A stretch of DNA of 64,000 bases from Ptychomitrium polyphyllum. Taxonomy: Eukaryota. The stretch lies in assembly GCA_973851085.1 (NCBI GenBank), contig OZ316775.1, forward strand, positions 19,220,001 to 19,284,000, read 5' to 3'. The position numbers and the translations under genes were made by a program. Shown one piece after another: positions 25,837 to 40,300 of the stretch. The notes beneath the pieces are model-generated. The model had not been told where the DNA came from. It did not search any database and worked only from the letters and a program-made list of their open reading frames with translations. Positions within the stretch are counted from its first letter, which is position 1. Each line of letters starts with the position of its first letter.

Positions 25837-28800
25837 TACGACCATGGACGCTCCCTTAGCGGCCACGGCATTGACGACCCCCGTGTCCACGGCACCCCAC
25901 CACTCCTCTCTTTCATCCGTTAAGATCCATCTGGTTCATTCGATCTGATTCTCCACCGGTTCATTAATCCATATTCACAATCCGTTTCATTCATCCAGGT
26001 TCTCCGTTGATCTCATTCGTCCAGATTGCCCAGAATTGAAAATAAGTATTACGAGGTCTAGTGAGAGCTTTTCTGTATTCTTCTTCATTTTTATGTAGCT
26101 CTTCACACAGACCAAGCAATTTGCAAGAATCTGTGACAAATTTCTTCTGAAACTTAATTAAATTTTAGATGAATTTCTTTGTATTCAACAACATTTGACC
26201 AAGGTTTTTTTAAACAGAAATTTGGTAGGATCTGCCTTAGTTTTAAATTAGCCCCTCACCAGAAGTTGAGCTTAGAGAAGAGGCATGGCAATCCTGGTTA
26301 TTGTTACATAAACTGGAAGCTGTGAATGAATGAAGAGATGGTTGTCGTCCACCAGCTTTTCATCCATTCAAGTCAAAGGTTAGCTACAGTTGGTGGTGAA
26401 TGCCGAAGGCATGAATGTTTTTTCAGTTTTTGTGAGGAAAATCATGATCCACATGCTGGATAAAAAGTTTCTATCTTGAACTCTACTATCTCTAGAAAGC
26501 ACACTTGCTGTCTACAACAGCAACTCTGGAGTCTTATTACAGGAGTTACGCTCATCCTGAAATGAGATTAGAAAATGTAGTCACTTAAAACAAAAAAATT
26601 GCATTCCATTAAGATTTGCAAGCTAATCCAATCAAAGCTTCCTGTCCTAGCGAATCCCCTTCCAAGACATCACATCTAACAACATGCGTTGAAAATTAGA
26701 AAGTCCAGACTAACTAAGTTCACCATTTAGTAGGAGCAAACTAATCCACCACAGATATAACCGCATGCTTGGTGGCCACATGTTCAAGGAGACGAACTGG
26801 GCTTGATCTTGCCAATTTACTATGAAACAAACTATTTGATTCCAAGCATACAAAAATTGTTTTGCAAAATTGAAGATCAACATGCAAATACAAGAATCCT
26901 TTCCATTCTTAAGAGAATCAAAACTATTCCACTACTAAATAATTAGGATTATTTAATACTTTGAGGCCACCAAAGAAGAAATAAAGCTAGCTTTACACTT
27001 TCTCTTGTTGTCCATGGAAGAAGAAATTTTAGTCATATTTAGAGAATTTCAATAAAATAATTGGTCAAAATTTTCAAGTTTTATTGTAAGGTCGTACATC
27101 GTCTCTGGCTACTTGTAAAAGAAGCAATTTGAAGGTGAATAAAAAAAAAAATTGACAATGTACATGGCAACAATTATTGCAAAATAGTCTTTTTATTATT
27201 ATTGGCTGTGGCACTTTTTGTGTCACATGACAACACAAATGGTTGGATATCTTTTTAGAACTTAAATGGAAGTTAAGGAGTTTTGGAATTTAAGAGGTTT
27301 TAAAAACTAAGGAATTTTGGAAGTATAAATGTAAATATGAAGAGATTATGTAGGTGATTAATAGCCCTAACTTTACTTATTCTTTTTTGATTTCTTCAAG
27401 TCTTGCTTACTTTACTTACCTTACTTAAGTAGTTGTAGCTGGAGTTTAAGAAATGAAGGTCTAATGGATTTCATATTAATGATGGCAATTTGCCAATGTA
27501 CTAAATCTTAGATGGTTCCATGTTGGCTTCAATCATTAACCATGTTTTGGGCTAAAATAATTTGTTTCTCTCACCTCCTATAAGAAAAGGTGCGAAGCAG
27601 GCCTAAGTCTCCAAATATGTAAGTTTTTGAATAGCAATGTCATAACAAAGTAGGTTGGTCACTCTCTTACTAGTATCAAGTTACCTGGATCGTGAGAGAT
27701 GAAAGTTTCAGTTGCATTTGCATATGTAATATGCATATTATATGCAACCATCAACTGAAGGTGCACTTGAGTACATCATAGTGTTGGATGCTTAATGGTA
27801 TTAACACCTTCTGTAAAACACTTCATCACCTTTCCATTAGCATTAAGTTGGCACGTTTTGGCAACTTAGGTAATGGCTTGCATCCAATATGATCATTGTT
27901 AAGAAACAGCAGCCGCACTCGCAGACTGTGGGCATGCTCTTGAACTCCTCACCCAGCAGCCTAGCAGTCACAGGAGCCATGGAGACGGAGGAACGAGACA
28001 GCAAGGAGAGGAGAATGAGAACGAAGATTGTGGGGATCGGTCTCTTCCCTGTAACACGGAGCTTGCTTGAATTACATGCCAGGACCAGTAAGTTCTACCG
28101 CGTTGAAAACCTATGGTATGTGGTTGACGCTTGCTCCGCACCCCAAGTGGGTCGATTCTAATCCTAGGTAGCTTGGATGTGGTCATTCAGTGTCGACTGT
28201 TTTCTGTTTTGCAACAGATCTAGAGCTTCTCTCGGTTTAAGCTGGACGAGACTCCTAGACGTGGTCGGCACTTTTGGGATGAAGGTGGACACAGTATCAG
28301 CGACTAGTGCATGTGGGATATTGTGCGTTGGTGCTGCGTAATCGCAACTCTGTGCCTGCGGTTGACTTTACGAGATTGCCGCTGAAGAACTCAAGTTGCT
28401 TGCGCAATGCGAACCCATGGATGGGAGCTGCCGTATCATCCTCTCTAGGTGAGCTGCTTGAGCCCCGTCTTTAAACTACTCTATGGCGCTCGCTTGCTTG
28501 CTAGGTATGCCGTTTACGTACACTTTAGGAGCCGACCTTAGAAAATAAGTTACGACAAAGAATCTCGATTTGTCTCCTTTTCTTGCTGCCTCTGGATTTA
28601 AAGAGTGTGTATATTAATCAAGGAAAGACACGTCTGCTCTTAAAAGGAACATTTGAGTTTCAGAATTGGAGTAGGGCAGACGTTATCAAACAGTTAGCTC
28701 TCCAATAGTTTAGCCCCGGCATTGTTGAAATTTTAAAAATTTAAAATCGATAGTGTCTCGTCACCTTTATCAAAATTTTCTCCCTAATCCCAATCTGCTG

Positions 28801-29899
28801 TACGTCAACAATTCGCTCTTTCTTCAAATTTCTAGCATCACTGTTTTAATGTTCAGTTCAGAGTATGGGTCTGCTCAATTCTTTTACCTTGCAGAGAAAC
28901 TCTGTGTGTCTTGCTCAAAGATGATACGTACAGAGATTTTTTAGTCTCCTGTTGCATTAAAGTAGTTTCGCATATAATAAATCCCATCACTAAAATGGAA
29001 TGCTCTAGTCAGTATGCATTTTAAAATTTAAAGACGATGTCCTGTTCTAAACCAAGAGAATTCTCGGCTGCTTCCTGCACCACCACCATCACGACAAGAA
29101 ATTTTACGTCAGACACAGCTCACGTATCTTATAAGTAAACACCTTGCACAAAGACCTCGATCCTACCATGGATCGTATTATCTATGCCACGCCAAGCCTT
29201 GCCTAGCGCCTGGGGTTGACTTTACTCTACTTCACCACAACATACAAGCCTGGCTTCACTTCGCAATAAATGCTCAACTGTTAGTCAGTTACCAAAGCCT
29301 TTAAATAAAACGCAAAGGTACAAGCTGATAAATTATCAGAACTATCTGTTAATTAGGTTGAGGGTGCTGAGAATATGCAACAGATCAACCGGATCTGGAT
29401 AACTCAAATGCGTAGACAATTAGTGGCGAGCCTAGGTTCAGTTGGAATGCATTGTCGTTTTGATGGCTACCGTGACAATCAAACACCACACGATTCAGTA
29501 GTCTAACTTGTCCCAGTGATCGAAGGTAGTTGTTGAAACAAAGATATTGCCACTCTAGATTCCTGCATTAGCAAGAGGGAAAATTTAAAATAACATTATC
29601 ACATACAATTCTTTTCCTTTAGACCTCATTTCTATATAACGTCACATGTCCACTGAAAACTCTCTTGGAATTTTCGGTAGCTATCGATATTAACTCGATG
29701 TGAGGCAAGGTCCTATGAGGTTACAAGAAGTGGCCTAAGGCTAGTAGTTCATCACATAGAATCAGAAGGCCATCAAGCAATTTACTACCAAGGCCTACAA
29801 GTAGCGTGACTTAAATGACACAAGGCCTTGGCCGAAGCAGAGGGGACATTCTTGCAATTATGACTTTAATCCTATCAAAGTCACATTTATGAAGCACTA

Positions 29900-32800
29900 A
29901 GCAAGAGCGTCTGATGCGCTCTAAGCAGGGGCAAATCAATTACAGGGCGAAAATATTTCCGGTTCGAGTGAGGTTTGCTTCTTCTGATGATCTTTCTCTG
30001 TTGCAAATTAGGTGGACATCATAATTTATTTAGTTAAAACAGTTACCTGTAATTGAGCAGGCGTTTCTTGGAGGTCATGTGGTTGAACCGGGCCGTGTGT
30101 TATGGGCAGATGACCTGCATGCACAGGAAATGAAAAAAATGACATGTTGTACGAAGTAAGCATCAGCTAAGATACCCATTCCTCGTGGCACCACTGGTCG
30201 AAGGTTTGCAAGCATGACAATAAGAAAAGAACGACATGCTTTGTTAGTAATGACTAAGATTGAGAAGTACCATCCCTGCTACAACGTGAAATAATCATGA
30301 CTTCGTCCCATATTGTTCATAAGATAACATGAGCGCCATAGAAGCCCATTGACCTTTCCTGGTGGAAATTCTGGCTCGAACTTTCCTGCTTCAGTTCTTA
30401 AGAACTGCATCATTAACACAAATTGCGCAACGCTAATCAGAGTGCCTTATGAAAGGCCAAATGAAGCGGTGTCTACGATCCTTCCATCAGATGGATATGT
30501 GGATCTGAGGCACATTCATAAATAAAAAGATCATTGCTCGGTTATGCCGATCTATGTCCAAAGGGATTACCACTTCGTAGTAAACATTTCAAAGGATGTG
30601 ACGGAGGATGGAAATAGTTACATGAAAATTGTGTCAATCAGCTACGAAACGCTTCCTTTTCGCATGCAGTCACTTCGTCCGTGGTGTCCTCTCCGTTCAT
30701 CATTACCGTAATGTTCGAAGGGCTTAGTACACTTGTCCAGGTGGGTATTCTGAACAGGCCTTTCTCCCCGGTCAGTGAGCATATCCTGCTCATAACGTTG
30801 TCTGTTACTAACATCAACGTTCTTGAAATTACCAACATTATGGTTCATTCTACAATTAAGCTGATAGATATCATTCTCATAGATTTGTCGAACTTGGCCC
30901 CTGGAACCATCGTGTCCATGACGTTTAATGAGGCCATCTCGACACAAAGCCTTCCGCCGTGGAATGTGTTGGTCAGGTCTACTATCATTGTCAATCTCAT
31001 TCCTATGATGCATCCGGCTGCCTTGCTCCAATCTCGATTTGCGATCAGGGTACTCTCTTGTGCTCACTGCCGCTTGAAGATGATGGTGATGATTAGCTAA
31101 GTGTCCACTTCTCTTATGCGATTTCAATCCTCGCTCAGCAGACGATTTGACATCGGTCTGCACCGGGGTAAAACAGGCTTTGAAACAACAGCCTCTTTAA
31201 TGTAATTGAATTTGTAGTTGACATGATTACAATGGAATAAGTAGAATTGAATTACAATTTGGAAGATGACAAATCACATGATGGTCAACTCACGTGTTAG
31301 TCATCTTCAATGTACAGATGCAAAGAAACCAAATCAAGCAGTTTGTTTACCTTGCTATCTATAGTCTCGTTACGTCCAACTCAACACTTCCTTACAGGAT
31401 TTCAGTTCCTTGCTTGGATGTTGCACTATTTCAAGATTGTCTTATCTTTTATTGTTGAGTGCTGAATGTACCTTACATTTCTGGGCTTCTTTGGCTTCTC
31501 CTAATAGCTTCAAACGTCGAGTCAATGCTTCTCGCATGAGCTCCTCGGTCTTCCTCCAGCACTGCTCCCGTTTCTTTATCTCATCTGTTCACCCCGTTCC
31601 ATTCATGATCTAAGATAATACCCTTCATTGAACGTAGAAGCCACAACCGGTATTCCATGAGCAAGCGGCATGTGGTTCAATCTATTTCTGGCAGGTGTCT
31701 CGCCGTTCCTATTTCCCTGCCTCGCTCATGAGAACATGAGGCAAACACACTGACCAAGTATATCCTGTTGAGAGGATTTCAAATTCAAAGATAATTCAAG
31801 ATTTGTACTAATAACAAAGTAAAGAAATTATCAAAATAGTAACCTTGAATGGAATTATAATTGGCGTCAAATTCTGATGGAAGGCCCCCAATATTCTTGC
31901 TGAGAGGACCGACCAAAGGGGGAGATGATGACATTGGTGGTTCTTCCACCTCCAATGGAAGCCGTCGCAGAGGAGTCGTGGCAGCAGATGGTGGTGGAGG
32001 ATTTTGAGTCCTTTCAGGAGATAGAGACTGAAAAGAGGCCTGAGGAGGTTGAGTAGGAGTTGCAGGATGCTGCTGCTCTTGTTGCTGTGGGTCTATGTCT
32101 GGCATCTCAACTTCGGTAATCTGCTTGAGTCCCCAGTAACAAGGAAGAAGCCCCTCACCGTATCAATAGAAGCAGTCTGTTCTAGAGCTCTAAAGATTGA
32201 AAGAATGCCTCAATTCAACACATTTTTGACTTGCAAAGGTCATCCCATGAACCAAAATTTTAGGTTGCTCTTCATGCAATCATCACGAGCTACATTTCTT
32301 CAAATAATCATAATGAAAACTTAATGTCTCACTTGGACTTTACGCTCCTGAAACAATTCGTAGTATTCTGAGACAATCCGTAATCGTACATGTTAACAAT
32401 GACTTCGTTGCAAAATTATGTAAAAAGTATCCAGCCTTGATGGTGATAGTCAACCTAAGTATCGGTAGATGTGGGTTTAAGGTGAATCTGGTCTCACCGT
32501 CCCTGATGTGGTAAAAATTTATTTAAAACCGGACCTTAATCTTTTCAAAATTTGCATGGTATACACTTGCATTCGATAACTGCTCCGATTCCATGCTATC
32601 CTGTGTAGCATCATCAAATCCAAGATCTGCAATACGGTTTCCAGTTTTCAACCGTTTATGTTTCTTATCGACTCTACAGTGGTAACGTTGAATAATACAA
32701 AATACCGTGCACAGATGACATTCGATGCTTCAAAAAGATTTGAAGGGTATGAACCAGAAGGCTTGAAGAACACACTAACGGCTACTGAGTAGGTCGTAGA

Positions 32801-33215
32801 ACTCTAAACGCCCTGCCATTACAGAGGAAAATCAAACCGCAACTTCAAAGATACTCAACATGGGTTGGATTTGAGGCAGTACCTTCGCCAGTCGACCCAC
32901 CGAGAGAAAACTCATATGGTAACACTTCAACAGGAGGTGTCAAAGCTTCAGAAACGGAAGCACCCCTGACAACAAAATTCACGCCTTGAATCAAAACTTC
33001 AAAAGTAATCCTGGGAAAAATTCTTTCACGGGCTCTTGTCAAAAACATAGATTTTAATTACAATTACAATTATTATTATTATTAATATTAGTATTAGTAT
33101 TCGTATTAGTATTAGTAGGTATTATTATTATGATTATTATGATTATGATTATTTTTAATAATAATATTATTATTGTTAATATTAGTTTTATTATTTTTAA
33201 TATCAGTATTAGTAG

Positions 33216-33280
<65 letters not shown>

Positions 33281-36200
33281 ATATTATAATATTATTATAT
33301 TATTTTTTCATATGTCAAGAACCAGCTCAGCATAGGAACGAGTCTGCAAAGTTGAACGTGAAAGGAATATCTCACATTCGTCCATCCGAATACTGCAGGT
33401 GAGCAACTTTACTTTCAAGTTCGTGATTCCTCTTGATTAATTCATCATATTCTTGCTTCATAGCCTCGTAATCCTCTGTCAGCCTAACACACCAAACCCA
33501 ATCACATCATCTCTAGCACCTTCTTCTACATCACAGAGGAACAATGAACCTTTTCAAGCAAAATGCGTACTCCTCACATAACACCTTCAAAGAGGACTCA
33601 CTAACGCTAAGGAAAAGAGTGTAGCAGGGGGAAAAATGGATCTCAAGGGAACTACACTTATGGGAGTTATTCACCTAAAGATTTTCAGAAGCGCCTCCTG
33701 ATATTTACTGTTCTTCTCACTGAGCGCAGCATCCTTGCTTCTTAAAGACCTCTGTAATTCATTCATGCGTTTCTGGATCTTGTGCATAACTCCTTCTTTG
33801 TCGTTCAAGTCCTGTTAATTTAAATGCATCCAGAAGTTGCATCCAGCCAGTGAGAACGCACAGCGACTCACAGAATTAAGAACTGCTGACATTAAACACC
33901 TTGCGACTCTAGAAAACTGAAAAGGCTGATGGTTAAATTTTCAAACACATTATACACGCAGTCCTTGCCCTAGTCACTACTATTCGATGAAGCTCCTTCT
34001 GGGTAGATAGGTCCATACACGTAAACAATGCATTTGTTCCAAGCACCAACTCATGATGTTCCTCTGCCTTCAAACTTGCAATCCCATCTCTTTTTTGATG
34101 AAATGTCAAATGTAAAGATCTGTGGTTATTTCAAAACTTTGAACTTACTTTCACAACACTTTCTTGAACATTATTGAAGTTGTCTTTCAGTTCCATCAAC
34201 TTCTGTATAGCATAGGAAAAAACACATTAATTTTACTCAAAATTACTAAATTCACAACGGCTACTTTGATGATAATATGCTACTAGCTGGTGGCACAAAG
34301 ACGTACCTATTCCATGAATTTGTAATTCAACAGCTTAGACAGAATTTACCAGTAACCAACTTTGACTGCCAATGACTAGACTCACATCAAGAAACCAGAA
34401 CTTTGTTGAGTTCAAACTATCCTGGAACATGTAATCTAAGAACCAAATCTCATATCATGTAATACCATCATGTCCGATTGATGATTCTCCCTTTCAGAAT
34501 GTTCTTTATCGGAAGCCTCATTCACAAGACTTTTATGCTGGTTCTGCATCTCAGACAGTCTCTGAATACGCTTCGGTATCAGAAGAAGACAAAAGCAAAT
34601 GAGTCTCAACCATCATATAACCTAGTTAATTGTAAACCGGTCTAAAAAACTGGTGGAGAAGTTGGGGCACCTTTTCAACAGATGTATCTTCCTCTTGCAC
34701 ATTTTCTCGAGACATCGCTTGTGCTTCACGAGCTGCCTCTTCACTGCATAATTATCAGAAATCTTGTTTCAAGCTTACTACACCATTATGACTTGCAATA
34801 TTCATTATATCCTTGAAGAATTAAGATAATGAAGAAACCATAGCCTGGAAGTAAGTTTTTCTAGCCAATGACCCAATGATAATGGAGCCCAATGACGGCA
34901 CCCTCAGTGCGCTGAATTCTGTGAGTTAGAGACATCGTGATAGAAAGAGGATAACTACAAAGAGACACAATAAATCTAATATATCTCAGTTAGTGATCAT
35001 ACCGTGCCAAAGAAGACTGGAGCTGTTGTTCAGAAATTTGCAACTCGGCAATGATAGAGTCCCGCTTCCATAGCAAAGTTTTCAATTCATTGCAATATTT
35101 TGCCTGCGTAGCAGCCTCCTGTGGACAATAGTCGATTATCAGAGAGCAGAAGAATATCAGGCTTATAGGGAAGACCACAACTCAAGCGATTAGTCCAGAG
35201 AAGCTAACTGATATTGAGGAAAAGTCTTAACAGGCTACTCACAGAATTTCTTGAATAAGATGGATTCAAAATAGATTCATACAGAACACAATGCAATCAC
35301 GTTCGTAAGTTGGTAAGGAGAAAAAAGTAGTGAGCCTAACATCTTCCTTCTGCTGAAGAGCTGATTTTAAATCTTGAATTCTTCCATTCATCGTTTCCAA
35401 CTGCAAGGAAAGAAAACCACAGAACATGAAAATGTACTCACTTGGGAGCGTCGTTTCAATGACCCAAGAAAATGGATGAAGGAAAGTGGAACTTCCGAGG
35501 AAATCCTTTAGTGCCTTCCAGCTTGCGGTTCCAACATTTGATTGTTCTAGTTCTCTAACGCATAGATTTAAGTGATGAAACAGTAATTATTAGTGGTAGA
35601 ATGCACAATATTAGTCTTACTTAAACATGGAATAAAAACCAACCAAACCGGGAACAAACAAGTTAAACAGTCACTCTATATCATGCATTTGCAGTTCAAT
35701 CACTAGCTTACGACTAAATGCGATGAATTTGAACTGACCTTCTGAAATTGATTCGCACATAATTTCTCCTTTTCACCTACATGGTGCTTCATCCTGGTAA
35801 TAAGCTTTTGCTGCTCCACCAACTCCTGTACAAATTGGGCATTCTTGGCCTCCAAAAGAGCTAATTTAAGCTCTTTCCTCTCCACTTCCGCATTCTGATA
35901 ATAAACATGAAATATTAATCCGGAGAGTTCTCAAAGAGTAGAGTTCTTGAGCTTCACCAGAAAAGTTTACCCTGGTGAAGTGCCAGCCCTGGCAATCTCT
36001 GTTGTATGCTGATTTAACAGATGTTTCTAGTGCCAATTGACGATTGGGTTAGAAATCCTTGTATCCCTAACCTCCTGCTTCTGCCTTTTTCGAAGTGCAA
36101 GCAAATTCTCTTGGTTCTCCCACTTCTGCCTGCAAATCATATATTCAAATACCTCCACTCAAATTTAAAGTTGCATGGTCAAAGAAGGAAATGTTAGGAA

Positions 36201-37372
36201 GTAGAAATAGCATGGGTCATAGGAATACAAGTACCAATCAGAACAATGAACTGCGCCGATCGGCAGGATATTGTCGTCAGACACAGGAAGGCGACTCCCT
36301 AGTATCGATTTGCGAAGGTGTTTTGTCCTATTATAGCCACTTCGAAAAAGAGAAGGAAGAGAGACAATAGAAGCAACTGCAGCATACACAGATGGAGACT
36401 CTAAGGGAAAATGACGTTGCTCTATTGGAAGGAGAAGGATTCCTAGCATACATTCAGAAAATAAAATTCCGTTGCAAAGCCTTCTCAAACAAGGACCACA
36501 AATCAGACTTCAGGAACTCTACCACTTCATGTAAGCTAAATCTATCCACGCAGATTAAAACAGATTCAAGGGTCTGAATATTTTTCTTGTTGATAAAGAA
36601 TAAAAAATCGGCCAACGCCCTGTGAGGAAAGGGGAGGTTCGAGAAGGCAGAAATAAGACCTGTCATGCTGAATCTTCTTGTGTTGCAATGTCCTTTGCAG
36701 CTGTGATATAATGCGGTCTTTTGACTCAAGAGCATCCTCCCAGCTCTGGCGTGCATCTGCCGCCCGATTGAGGACAATGATGTGCTGCTCCCGAAGCTCC
36801 ACAAGCTGCAGCTCTTTCTCATTCAAAGCAGCCCTTAAGTTCAACAACTGGACGCTATGTGACTTATTTTCACCGTCACTCTTACTCTTGGCAAACTCTG
36901 ATGACGATTTCACGAAATCTGGTGGTGTCAAAATCTCTGACGGCGTTCTGAAATAAGCTTGAGGCCTTTTGGCAAATCCGGACAGGCCTCCATACCCACG
37001 GCCACTGCTATCCGAGCTCCCCGCATCAAAACCTCCTTCGTCTCTGATGCCAGAGCTTCGATCGTGCTCAACGTCTTTCTCATACATTTTCCGGCTACTG
37101 TTTCGAAAACGAACCTTTCGCTGGTCCTGGTCCTCTTCATACTCCCTGTCCCCACTACTATGTGGAGGCAATCTTCGACCGAAATGACCGGCATCGTAGT
37201 TAACGTTCGGCTCAGAGCTATGCCCTGTCCGCGCACGAGGTCTTCCCAAGACATCCTCATTATAGCCTTGACTGAGATCAGAATGTAAGCCGTCGACGAG
37301 CTCACGGAGGCCGCTGTGGAGGTGGCTGCCGGAGGCTCGCTTGCCATAAACCTTGTCATTGGAGGTAAACAT
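29900..37372 (-). CDS. Long multi-exon coiled-coil protein of unknown function (3' end approximate; the part below ~32.8 kb could be a separate gene)
   Basis: Exon 1 (37372-36659) is followed by at least 9 short GT-AG exons that splice in frame into heptad-rich sequence: LLNLRAALNEKELQLVELREQH, NAEVERKELKLALLEAKNAQ, LETMNGRIQDLKSALQQKED, DLNDKEGVMHKIQKRMNELQRSLRSKD, LTEDYEAMKQEYDELIKRNHELESKV. Pro-rich and His/Arg-rich exons follow at 32105-31840 and 31180-30650. Confidence 0.65.
33055..33305. repeat. AT low-complexity tract with (ATT)n microsatellite (~33218-33278), intronic
   Basis: About 20 consecutive ATT units flanked by degenerate ATT/ATTAGT repeats. Confidence 0.95.
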
Positions 37373-40300
37373 GAGCAGGCAAGGTGCAGCTCGGAGTTGC
37401 TCAGAGTGCAGAATCCGGCATGAAAATAAGCATTATAAGACGGTGAGCACAAATTCCTCATGTAACGGAAATTCGGGTTGCGGTTTGGCACACCAACAAA
37501 CCTAAGGCTGCGGAGGCCAAGCGCTACTGTCTGTTGCATCCGTCGTCTCGGCAACCCTATGTAAGGCAACTCAGCATCTCATAATTCGCGCCTAGTAGTA
37601 CAATGCTGTAAAAGTCTCACTCACCCCATTACGCTTTCCAATACAGAGTGAAATTGTTCCCTACTGCTCTTTAATACCGGAAGCCACTCTTGTCACAGGA
37701 AAACTTTGAACAATGCTGCAATCACATTTGAATAGAATTCTTCCTCGCAACATCACCATTGTTCTGAAGAACATAGAGTTCCGAAACCCTCGCCATCAGC
37801 CGGAACCTCTACAAGTTCTCGTTGCTTGTAAAAGCAGGAGTAAGTTGGATTTCATCTCACACTTCACGACCAATGCACCATCGTTCCCACCACTCCAGCC
37901 ACTGCTTCCCACAGCCTAGCCCGTCGCAACGACATCCCTGAATCCAATTCTCAGCCCGAACGGAACATTAACACATGCAATCGAGCTCCAATTTCGTCAG
38001 CAACATGACATATCAGTAATCCACCACTTCAGACTCCATGGAGCGTGTCAAAATGAACCAAATCAGCTCGTTCATTCCTCAAAGTGTGTCCCTGCGTTTA
38101 CTTCCTCCACAAGCTAAGTTATCCGGACGAGAAATCACACCTCCACATAAGGAATGAGTAATGCGCAAAACCAAAACCCTCGATTAGAGCTCCTTTCCCA
38201 TCATAACGCACGTAAAACCTATTGCCTGGAAAGCTGAAAGCCGCAGTGGACCGTATGTCACGCACGGACATGAAGCTCCGGAGAACCGGCACAATGGCGA
38301 GGTTTTGATGGAATGAAAATTCCCTACATGGAGCAAAAGGAGCGCAATGCAAAAGAAACGCTGGTTTGTTTGATCAGTGTGGTGCTCATGGTCCATAGAG
38401 TCGACGGAAAATCGAGCCTTCTCTCTCCTCTCCGCGCGAGCACCTTGTGTGTAAACCTCGTAACCGCTTTCAGCCGTTGCGGAACTCTATCCGTCTGCGC
38501 CTGAGTGGGAACTTGTTCCGCACTCACGTCGTGCCAGCCATTGCATCCATCACCGTCACTGTCGCTGCCTACAACCGTGCAGACAAGTCCTACGTCAAGC
38601 CCGATCTTCGTTCTGAGTCGGCTATTTTCCACCAACAGGACTCTGATGAAGTTTTCTTTTGGACTCTGGACTTTTGAAGCTTAGGTATTACGTCTCCTGG
38701 ACGCAGTCGTTCTCGCATGCAAGTAGGTGGGTTCAGTTTGTGGCCTTGATGTTGGTTCTATCCATGCATGCTTTTCGACATGGTGTATATAGTGACAGAC
38801 GATCGGTGATTAAGGTTTAGCTGAATAGCTTGCTTCTCACGACGTTGCTTACATATCTGTGCTCGTTGATTCAATCGATCGATCGACCGGTTCTTTGATA
38901 TATATTTTGGAACTTCAATTTTCTTCGTGGCTCGTTAAGGTTCTAGCGCTGGAGTGGAGGTTGGAGTGTTGGTGCGTGACGTTGTTGAATGAGGTTTTAG
39001 TCGAATCGAGCTGTGAGGTGGTGTCCTTGAACGCTGCAGTGCATTTTTTGGTTATTTGGGCTCATGGTTTCTTTCCGAGTCTACTTGAAGTTCTGTACTG
39101 ACCTGAGAGCTTCACGAGTCTGCGCGGAAAGCTAAAAGGGAACGTTGGAGCTAACTATTTCCTTATGGTGCTTTGTTCTGAAGATTTATGCTACGTTTGC
39201 TTTGTATTGTCTAATTCCTTCTGGATGCGAGACGCTTAAATTCTCCTTTATCCATGGCGTGCATGAAAGTCTGTTGGAATAACGACTGGCTTCGATCTAA
39301 GCGATAAGATCTACTTTCGATCCATTCTTCGACACAATTCAGATGTTGCGTATGCTTAGGCATGCCTTCACCTTGTCACAACGGACAAGTTTGTATCATC
39401 AGTCATCCGCTTTCACTTGAACCATGTTATGCCGAGCATCTGCTTCCTCAAAAACCTGGTTTATGAGAAAAGTCTGTTGAGACGAATGGGAGTGGAATTT
39501 TTGAAATGCACATTCAATTTAGGCATTAAAGCAGTGAATAGAAAGAGTCCGTAACTCAAGAGCCACTACCGTGAGGCGAATCTTTGTAAAGTTAAGCCCT
39601 GTTATTACTGTTATTCTATTCTGATATCACTTACTATTACCTCGAGTGTCTAGCGGTGTAGGTCTTCACCGTCTTTCAGGTACTAGCGTTGCTTGCTTCT
39701 TATAGATCTTTATAGTTTCCTTGAGTCTTGATATGAGCTAGTACTTTCAGACACTGGTTGATAATTTCAGACTCGTGACGCATATCTTCGGTCGACCATG
39801 CTACAGAAGTTGCACTTTTGTCATTGTGCTTCCTGTAAGCTTGAAAAGGATCTTCCTCGTCCACTTCCTGGTCCGTAAAGTTGGAGCTGCGATGTCCCTG
39901 TTCACGGTCCTCAAGAACATCCAAGGCCTATATTTCGAATCTCCGCCACAGCTCAGCTGCTGCATAGTGACAAGGACTTTCAAGGGATCGTTGGATTTCA
40001 GCGCGAATGGCAATAGCTGTGAAGGAGAAGCGGTTTCGAGAGGCTCCCATTCCAACAGGTCTCTGGCGTTGTCGGTCTGTTCATCGTTCAAGTTAAAAAG
40101 CTAGGCTTCCGAATCGGAAGAGATTTGCTACCACTTCCTTTGCTCCGGTCGTGACCAAGCAAACTGAATAGGTGAGATTTCTCAGCCTTGCGGGCCCGGA
40201 ACTTGGCGACAAAGAGCATTGAACCGTGTATGAAATTGCTGCATCTATGAAACTGGACACCAGAATTTAAATAACTACTGAGAAGCAGATCAAGTATGAT

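Noticed and set aside
27718..27747. Imperfect palindrome TTGCATATGTAATATGCATATTATATGCAA
   Set aside because: Short and AT-rich, so plausible by chance; no supporting context.
33130..33402. Poly-Tyr/Ile ORF
   Set aside because: Translation of an intronic (ATT)n microsatellite.
39801..40091. VTMQQLSCGG resembling the BAHD acyltransferase QVTxFxCGG motif
   Set aside because: No HxxxD or DFGWG motif nearby; the similarity is too weak.
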